From Paecilomyces variotii (Eukaryota): DNA of 12,339 nt. A program made the translations under genes and the position numbers. Location: assembly GCA_004022145.1 (NCBI GenBank), contig RCNU01000056.1. One strand, 5' to 3'. Below, one piece after another: positions 1-8,084 of this stretch (positions are counted from its first letter, which is position 1; the number at the start of each line of letters is the position of its first letter). The notes below the pieces were generated by a model that made no database searches, was not told where the DNA came from, and saw nothing but the letters and a program-made list of their open reading frames with translations.

Positions 1-1038
1 TCTATTAATATAATAAGATTAGATAAGCCCTAAAAAATAAAAAAAAGGTAAAGTAAAATTAAATAATTATATAAAAAAAAGCTATAGAAAGTAATTAAAT
101 AAGAATAAAAATTTTTTTTAATTAAGATAAACTAATTTAGCAATTATTAGCCTTTAAATATAATTAAGAAAGTAAGGATAGTTAAAGAAAAAATAAAAAA
201 TATATTTAAATAGAGTAAGAATAAAAAAATTATTAAAATAAAAGAGAAATAGAAGTTAAAAAGATTTAAAATTATAAATAAATTAAAAGAGACTATTAAT
301 ATAATAGGGATTATAAACTAGATATTAAATACTAGAGTTTAAATATTAATTTAAGACCTTATTAGTCTATTTCCTAATTTATATAAGGCCTTATTTATCT
401 TATAATTGCAGCAGGTAATAATAAAGACAATATTCTATAATATTAAAAGAGTATAGTTTAATACCTTTATATTAAATATAAAATATATAGTAAATAATAT
501 AGATTAATATACTTATATATCCTTATAACTTAAGCCTCTTAATAAAGATAAGATACTATATATAGCTATAATTCTGAAGTTACCGATTAAAATTAATAGA
601 TATAAAGAGGTATAAAATATTATAGTAGATAGTAGAGCCAAAATTAATATAATATATAGAGATATAACAAATTATTATAAATTTATTATAAGCTAGAAAT
701 TTAGAAATAATATAATATTAATAAACAATAGGCAGACCCCTTTTATAAGTCTTTATAAAGAGATATTTATATAGATAGGATCTTTTTATTATAAGGTCTC
801 TTTCTTTATAATAAATAATAAGATTAACTATAATTATATTCTAGGACAGCCTTTTAAGTATTAAATATATTTATAATATATTGCTCTATTAGATAAGATA
901 ATAAAAAGTATAATTTATTTTATAAACTAAAAAAATTAAGCTATTATTTAGGTATTTTTAATAGATAATCTAAGAAATAAGTTAAGGGAAAAAATATTAT
1001 ATAATCTATTATCCCAAGTATAAAAATTATTAAATTAA
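1..1038 (+). pseudogene. gag: Element A gag C-terminal region fused to aspartic protease (frame +1)
   Basis: 310-396 de-RIPs to IVDRILDTRVQMSIRDLIGLSPDLHKALF. 622-651 reads ATA GTA GAT AGT AGA GCC AAA ATT AAT ATA = (M/I)VDS(G)A(E)IN(V). 838-855 reads ILGQPF unchanged. Probable original stop TAA at 1036-1038. Confidence 0.8.
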
Positions 1039-1739
1039 AGCTAAAAAAAAATAATAAGTATTAGATTAGGAATAGAAAAGGCTTATAAAAATTATATTTA
1101 ATAAATAATATTAGCTTTAAAGCAAGCAAAGAAATTAAAAGTAAAGGGATAAGGATATTTAAACCTATTAAATTAAATAAAAGAGTTAGAAGATTATAGG
1201 GGTATAGACTATTTAGAAGATATAACCTTTTTATTATAAAAATAAAATATTTTATTAATATATAGTATAAGAAGAAATATAAAAAGGTTTATTTAATAAA
1301 TATATTAAATAGACCTATAGCAGCTCTAAGGGGGTTATTAAAATAAAAAAAAGTTATTAAGAAATATTATTATAAGAACTCCTAAAAAAGTATAAAAAAA
1401 ATATATAAAGGATTTGCCAAATATATCTAGCTAAAGATATTAAATATTAAGAAAAGAATAAGATTAATATTAGATTATTTAAAGAATCTTATTATAGGTA
1501 GCAATTTATAGCTAAAAAAAAAAAAACTATTAATAGAAATACTTTTTACCTAAAAAGTAGTCCTTATCTAGACCTTTAAAAAGATTAGATAAATATGCCT
1601 AGAAATTATACCTCCAATTATTATTTAGACTATAAATTATAAACTATAGCAAATAAAGAGCTTCCTAATATTAAAGGCACTTTATAATATAATATAAAAA
1701 ATAATAAAAAAGAGGATAAATATAGAGATCCTTAAATAT

Positions 1740-2330
1740 AGTTAAGAATCTTATTAAAATCTATAGTTCCTAATAAAAAAAAAAATAATAAGTATTAGCT
1801 AATTAATATAGTTATAGAAATTAATTAAATAATAATATAAGATATTAATTTACCTTTTTTAGCTAATAAGTTCTTAGAAAAGTTTAATAGAATATTAGTA
1901 TTAATGCTTATAAACTTATTCTTTAAGTATAATTAATTAAAGTTAGCTAAAGAATTACGGGACTTAATAGCTTTCTATATATTAAAGATTAGTTTAGTTT
2001 ATTAAGCTAAATTATTTTAAAGATAGATAAATATAATATAGGAGTTTATATAAGAAGTTATAAAAGTACTAGCAGATAATATTCCTAATATTTATAATAT
2101 ATTTCTAGATAATATACTAATATAAGGACCTAAAACTAATTATAAGGGGGAAAAGATACTGCTAAGAATTAGAAGGTTTATATTTAAATATATCTAGAAT
2201 ATTAATAAGATACTATATAGTCTTAAACTTGTAGGTTTAATAATTACTAGGGAGAAATTATAATTTATAATATTAAGAATTAAAATAATAGGCTATATAT
2301 ATAATATTAAAGGGAGATATCCTAAGTTAA
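1740..2330 (+). other. Element A reverse transcriptase core
   Basis: TTT CTA GAT AAT at 2102-2113 = FLD(D), followed by GGA CCT AAA ACT (GPKT). De-RIPed DLFSGYDQ, SRDLTAF and LPQGWTN lie upstream in the same frame. Confidence 0.92.
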
Positions 2331-2584
2331 TTAAAATAATTAAGATTTTAAAATAGCTATCTTATCAGAACTTATAGGAGGCGAGAAAATTTTTAGGGGT
2401 TATAGCCTATTACTAGATATAAATTAAAGAATATATTATTAAAACTAAGCTAATATACTTAATATTAAAAAAAAGATAAGATTTTTTTTAAGGGCCAGAA
2501 TAATAAAAAGTAATAAATATTTTAAAAGTAGCCCTAATAATAATACTAGCACTTAAACTAATTAACTATAAAGAGGAAAATATA

Positions 2585-2965
2585 ATTATTATTAATATTA
2601 ATGCCAATAGCAATAAATAAGGGGCTTAACTTACTTAAAAAAAAAAGGAGTCTAATAAAAGATACTTAGCTAGATATAAAAATAGAATATAGATATAGAT
2701 AAAAAAGCAATATAATAAAAGAAAGCTAAAGTATAGAATAATATTAAAGATATTTTATAAATTCTAAATATATCTATATAGTATATATTTTTAATTAAAG
2801 ATAGATATAAAAACTCTAATAATATAACTAAATAAAATAGCTATAAACCTCCTTAAGTTAATAATTATTTAGTAGATTACTTAGATTTAGCTATTTAACT
2901 TTAATATTATCTATATATTAAAGAAAAAAAACTTAGTTATAGATAGATTATTTTAAAAGCCAATA
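2585..2965 (+). other. Element A RNase H domain
   Basis: Frame +2, de-RIPed: TDASGDGWGA (2597-2626), ARYESGIW, KLECR, KFR.YLYG.HF.LETDAKTL..QLN, RWIAWIRLFDFDI.HV.GKKN.VADGLSRKP. Confidence 0.88.
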
Positions 2966-3310
2966 ATAAAATAAGATTTAGAAAAGATAGAAGATAATAA
3001 TATAAAGAAATTTTTAGACTTATAGTTTTATATAGTCTATTATATTAATATATAAAAGATAGAATTAAATAGTATCTCTTAGTTAATATTTATATTATAT
3101 TAATTAGAAAAGTCTTTATTAATTATAGAATAGTTATAAACTATAATAAAACTAGATAATATAAATAAAGAATAATACATTAAATTTAAGAAAGAGGCCC
3201 TAAAATATATAATATAAAATAGTATATTTTTTTAAAGAGTATAATAAAATCAGCCTTATTATATAGTTATTAATAATAAAAAAAAGTAAAAAAAAATTTT
3301 TACAGCTCTT

Positions 3311-4350
3311 TATAAAAAATATAAATATTATAAGTATAAAACAACCTATTAAAAGATAGCTAATTAATATTAGTAGAAAGGCCTATATAAATATATTACT
3401 AAATAAATAAAGATATATAATAAATGCTAGAAAGCAGATAAAAAATATATAAAAAAAGCTTTATAATTAATATTTATTTTATTAGGAAGATTAAAGCTAT
3501 ATTTAGATATTTATAAGATTATACCGCCTAGTAAAAAAAAGACTTATATTATTATATTTTAAGATAATTTTAGCTATAGGTTAAATATAGAGCCTTTAGT
3601 AGCCCTATTTTAAAAGCTATTATTAAATTTCTATAGGAAGACTAGATTTATTATTAGAGAGTAATAGAGACTTTTATTAATAATAAAAGATTAGAGAATA
3701 AAGCTATAGTTAATATATTAGTATAAAAGTATAAGATTAATTATATTAAAGTCTTATTATATAATCTATAAATAAATAGAGTAGTTAAAGTTATATATAA
3801 GTCTTTTATATATAATATTAGAAAATTTATAAAAAAAAATAGGGGTAAATTAAATAGATTATTTATTAGCAATAATTTAGGCAAATAAAAATATAGTTAA
3901 GATCTCTATAGGCTTAATATTATTTAGAGTAATTATAAGATATAATGCTATACTACTAATTAAACTAAAAATATTTACTTAAAAGACTTTAGCATAGGAT
4001 AAGATTAGGACTATAGAAGATCTTCTATTCCTTTATATATAATAGATAGAGCTCTAAGATTAAGATATAGAAGAGGCCCAACTTTGCATCTAATATATAA
4101 GAGAAGCTAGTAAGAAAGTTTTTAATAATAAGAAATAGCTCTATAAAGAACAATTAATAGAAGAATAGCTTATTCTGCTTTATAATATAAAGCTTAAGAT
4201 ATTTTATTCTATAAAACTGGTATACCGCTGGCTTAGATTATATAAAATTAAAAAAGTCCTTAAGAAAGGATTTTATAAGCTTAAGAAGTTAGATAATATA
4301 CTTTTTAAGGACTTAATTTATAAAAATTATTTAAAAGGCTATTATTTATA
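3311..4350 (+). other. Element A integrase (HHCC, DDE core, GPY/F module)
   Basis: H...GH.G.E.TY.KIA.RYWW.GLY...C..CQ at 3311-3430. D at 3506, DGG.EN at 3682, YNPQANG.VE ending 3789, W...LPA..WADR at ~3851-3890. 4214-4243 reads KL(A)YRWL(G)(P)Y, followed by Y.L.ELDG. Confidence 0.9.
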
Positions 4351-4607
4351 AGAGAATTAAAATAAAATACTAACTATAAGTAATAATATAGCATCTAAGT
4401 AAAAAAATTAGTAACTAAGTAATAATAATAATAATATAGACTAGATATTATCTAAATTAGAATATATAATTATAATCCTAATATCTTCTTTCTAAAAATA
4501 TTAATTTAAAAAAAAAAAAGTAAAAAGCTAATAATAAAGTAAATTTAATATTAAATAAGAATACTATAATAGGAAAAGAAGGAGAATAAACTTAAGATAA
4601 GGGCGTC

Positions 4608-4628
4608 TTTTTTTAGGAAGGAGAAGGA
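4608..4628 (+). promoter_or_regulatory. Polypurine-tract-like motif (T7 followed by AGGAAGGAGAAGGA) after element A pol
   Basis: 14-nt pure purine run 4615-4628 preceded by a T run. Position and shape resemble a Gypsy PPT, but no clear LTR start follows. Confidence 0.4.
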
Positions 4629-5018
4629 TTTAAAAATATCTAAAAATAATTAAGAAAGAAAAAAAAAAGAGATAACTAAAAAATATATAATATTAGCTTA
4701 AATATCTTAAAAAAGTCTATAAATAAAGCTAAAAATAAAAAATATTAGATAAAAAATATAAATAATAAATAAAGAATTCTTATCTTATTATAAAAACCTT
4801 ATTTTTTATATTATATAATATTATAGCAGAAGTAACTAGAGACTAAATTAAGCTAAACTTAACCCTATCTTATTTTTTAAGTATATCTTTTTGCTTAGAA
4901 ACTATTTCAAAGAATTGCTCTATAAAGATATATATTAAAAATAGAAAAAAATATATTAGAAATATAAAATATTGTCTGTTAGAATAAAGCTTTTTAACTT
5001 AAAATATATATATATACT

Positions 5019-6563
5019 ATAGTTAGCGAAATTTATAAGCTTATAAAAGAGATAATAAGTAAGGCTAATAATAAAGAAGAGAAGGTTTAATTTATAAATA
5101 ATATAGCAGCAATTATTTTAAATTTTTAAAGCAGGCATAATAAAGCAGTTAATAATTTTTATAATTTCTTAAACTAATAAGAGCTATTAAAAGAAGTAAG
5201 AAAGAAAAAAATATTAGCCATTAATAAGCTAAAAGAATTAAAAATATAAGCAGAAAAGAACTATAAATATATTAATAAAGATTATTATAAAGCTATAGAG
5301 AAATAGGACTAAAAAACTATAAACTAAGTCTTATTAATTATTAAAAAATTATATTAAATCTTAATAGCTATAGGAGGATTAGCTTTTAATATTAAAGACT
5401 AAAGAATAATAGCTATATATTTAATAAAAATATAAATTAATAAACTTTATAATATTAAGAAATAAGAAATATTAACTAAAAAGAGCCTTTAACTAACTAA
5501 TATTAGAAAGATAAAAAATATTTTAAGAAAAGCCCTTAGCAGAGAAGGATTAATTTTTTAAAAACCTATTAATAAAGAGCTATAAAAAGTTAAAATAAGA
5601 GTAGGGAAAAATAATCTTCTAAAAAAAATTATAGGAGAAAAAAAAAGATATTAAATAGAAGATTTAAATAAAAGCTTATTAATAAATCTAATATTAGATA
5701 AAGGAGAGGAAAATATAAAGGAGAAAGAAAAAGAGAAAAAAAAGACTAAGAGTTCTAAAAAGCTAAAAGGGAAAAAGAAGTTTAAAACTTAAGATAAAAA
5801 GAAATAGTTAGAAAAAAGATATAAATATAAGGTTAGTATATCTATATTAATAAAAAAGGCTATTATTAATCTAAAAGATAAAGAAGTATTAGAACTTTTA
5901 AGAAAAGAAAGGATTAAATCTATTATTATATACTAAGTTTATATTAAAAAAGTATAAAATATAATAAGACTAAGGAGTATAGAAGATAATATTTTTAGAA
6001 AAAGATTAAAAATACTTATAAATAATAATAATAACCTTAAATCCTAGAATACTAATATAGATTACTAGAAATAGTTTTAATAAGAATAGAGATTTAATAC
6101 TAATCTTAAGGATTATTACTGCCTAGATAAGAGGGAAATTAAAATATAATCCTAGCTAAGTAGATTAAATATAAGTATTAAGGAGGTTAGAGAAGTCTTA
6201 TAGTAGGTTAATTTTAAAAAGATTAACTTAATCTATAAGCCTTATATATAATTATTGGTTAATATAATTAATATAAGGGAGAATATATTTATAAAAGAAG
6301 CTAGAGAAGTATTAAAAATAATAAAAAATATAAAGCTAGTAGTAGTAAAGCAATAAAAAAAGAGACTATTTAAAATAATAACTTATCCTTATAAAAGTTT
6401 ATTTAAAGAAATTAAATAATCTATAAATAAAATTTTTAAAAATAAATAAATAATAGAATCTCCCAGTAGAGCCTTAAGAACTAATATAAAGCCCTCTTTT
6501 TCTATAATAAACCTAAAAGACCCTTTTATTAAGAAAGAAACTGGGCACTTAAAAGATATACAG
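5019..6563 (+). pseudogene. ORF3: RIP-degraded accessory reading frame of unknown function (at least 515 codons), truncated by element B insertion
   Basis: One frame (+3) reads protein-like without a shift from ATA (ex-ATG?) at 5019 to CAG at 6561-6563. About 34 stops by hand count, all TAA/TAG. Rich in GAA/GAG/GAT/GCN codons, with an acidic purine tract at 5697-5816. Confidence 0.75.
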
Positions 6564-6776
6564 TGTTATGCCCCTAGCTCCCCGCTAGGGCATAAGCTCG
6601 CAGGACTATAGCAAAGCCCCGAATCTAAACATAATACCGAGGTAATTAGTTAAACCCCGCTCTCCCCGCTTTCAGGATTTATATAAGATAAAGCTAGGAA
6701 GTGCTTAAGATTTAGAATATAAATAGGCTCTAAATTACTGTCTTACTAGAAGCCAATAATCTATTCTAATATAATA
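6564..6776 (+). repeat. Putative 5' LTR of element B (3' boundary uncertain: 6776 or 6872)
   Basis: Starts TG (TGTTATG). TATAATA at 6770-6776 is the RIP product expected of the inverted terminus CATAACA, but the same 7-mer recurs at 6866-6872. TATA-like TTTATATAAG at 6678-6687. The second LTR is not visible for confirmation. Confidence 0.6.
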
Positions 6777-6804
6777 TATACCCTACTATTTTTTTACTTA
6801 TATA

Positions 6805-6903
6805 AACCCTTTACTATTAGAACCTTTTAGTATAGACCCTTCTTTACACTAATTAGACCCTTTATTATAATAATTAACCCTTTATCTCGCCAGTAGACTC
6901 TTC
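6805..6903 (+). repeat. Six dispersed copies of RACCCTTY in the element B leader
   Basis: AACCCTTT 6805, AACCTTTT 6821, GACCCTTC 6835, GACCCTTT 6856, AACCCTTT 6876, GACTCTTC 6896. Confidence 0.65.
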
Positions 6904-7037
6904 TCTAAGCTAAGTGCGCAAAGCTACTATTTCTCTTGCTATAATTGCTAGCAGAATAATTTGTTAGTAATCTCTAAAAACTTTTATTCCTTATAGTTCG
7001 GATCGCTTAACTTAGCAATATAAGTGGCAGTATCAAT

Positions 7038-8084
7038 ATACCCTATAACTTAGGGGATAAGGGTCCTAGCGCTTAGCCTATAGTGCATACTCTAAAGGGT
7101 TTAGAGAATACTAAACCTAGCTTACAGCAATTAATTGCTGAAGCTAGCTTATAAACCCTAGGAGATACTCTAACAGGCCTAGAGATAAAGCAAGCTCAAA
7201 TAGAAGATAAACTGTTAATAAAAAGAGACTTCTTATAGCTCCTTGCCGCTAGTCATACTAGTAAACAGTTAAGGCTTAAGCTACCAGAACTGCAGAGGTA
7301 TAAAGCTATTACACTTAATACCTATTACTAATAATACCAATATATAAACAAATACTTAGCTTATAATGCTTTATTATTTAAAGATAAAGCTAAGAAAGTT
7401 ACCTATACTGCAGTATTGCTAGATAGAGAACTAGCTTAATCTTAGATCTACTAGCAAGAGGATCCTAACTTCTAGATATTAACCTAGGAAGAATTTAAGG
7501 GTTAATTACTAGATTTGCTTAATAATCTATATTACTAAGGATAAAATACAATAAACTGCTTTTATACCTTAATCTAATATTTTAATTAAACTACCTAAGC
7601 CTTCCTATACTATTTTAAGCAGGCTTAAGCAAAATTAAATTAGGGTAAAGGATTTAACAATAATAGAATTATCTAGTCTTATATCTTCTATGCAAAACTA
7701 TAACCTAAGGTTTAGATAGAATTGCTGAACTATTAAGACCTCCTAATAAACCTTAATTAATTAGTGTCTTTAATTACTAATTAGAAGACAAACCAAAAAA
7801 AGAATAAGACTATAAGTTAACCTACTCCGCTAAATACAAATAGATTAATATAAAATATATTAAAGGACTCCCCCCTAGGGCAAAAAAAAAAGGAGACTAA
7901 TAACTAACGCGCGGAGCTAACTAAACCCTAAAAAAAGAAAAAGTTCAAATTACTAGTAGAATAAGACTAGCTTAAAAAAGAAGGCTACTGCTTTAACTAT
8001 AATAAAATAGGCTATATATAAGGATTTAAATTATGCCTAAAAAAAAAAAACCCCTCTAAAAAAAAAAACCTAAAACTATTATAG
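7038..8084 (+). pseudogene. gag: Element B gag (frame +3), RIP-inactivated
   Basis: Probable start ATA (ex-ATG) at 7038. De-RIPed capsid-like text: LKLPEPQRY...FEDEAKKVAYAAVLLDGEPARSW...TWEEFKGWLLDLL. Zinc knuckle at 7989-8036, same frame; TAG at 8082-8084. Confidence 0.85.

Larger units (their letters stand above)
1029..4504 (+). pseudogene. pol: Element A pol (RT-RNase H-integrase), RIP-inactivated, three 1-bp frameshifts; 3' end approximate
   Basis: Frame +3 from ~1029 to ~1783 (YKKK.EKVRPVD at 1266, PWQ.KSFPIPKAL at 1644, YRNPWF at 1752). Frame +2 from 1784 to ~3575, frame +1 from 3577 to ~3838, and frame +2 again from 3842. Confidence 0.9.
1..6563 (+). mobile_element. Element A: Ty3/Gypsy LTR retrotransposon relic, non-chromovirus, Ylt1-like fungal lineage; 5' end outside window, 3' part interrupted by element B
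   Basis: Domain order PR-RT-RH-IN. RT has YRNPWFLV..KYRLIN and FLDD(V).V.GPKT.Y..E..LPGIRRFV.EH, RNase H has ARYESG.W, integrase has KFLWEDWI.R, and there is no chromodomain. Clade assignment is from motif recognition. Inclusion of 4630-6563 in the element is inferred from adjacency and equal RIP load. Confidence 0.85.

Noticed and set aside
4421-4436. (AAT)n microsatellite
   Set aside because: In frame with the pol tail; most simply GAT/GAC Asp codons converted by RIP.
5004-5016. (TA)n run / TATA box just before ORF3
   Set aside because: TA runs are the default product of RIP on CA/TG repeats, so it cannot be called a promoter.
4630-5018. Possible 3' LTR of element A or a small ORF
   Set aside because: No recognisable TG...CA termini, no second copy in the window and no convincing reading frame; left as unassigned spacer.
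5697-5816. Long purine-rich tract as a PPT or triplex-forming element
   Set aside because: Explained by Glu-rich codons (GAA/GAG, RIP-shifted to AAA/AAG) in the ORF3 frame.
5019-6563. ORF3 as a retroviral-type env gene
   Set aside because: The position fits, but the visible part is highly charged with no evident signal peptide or transmembrane helix. The C-terminus is missing, so env is not fully excluded.
6630-6636. CATAATA as the 3' end of the element B LTR
   Set aside because: It would give a 73-bp LTR that excludes the TATA-like box at 6678; implausibly short.
6805-6903. CRISPR-like repeat-spacer array
   Set aside because: Repeats are only 8 nt and degenerate, spacers are 6-13 nt, the context is a eukaryotic retrotransposon, and there are no cas genes.
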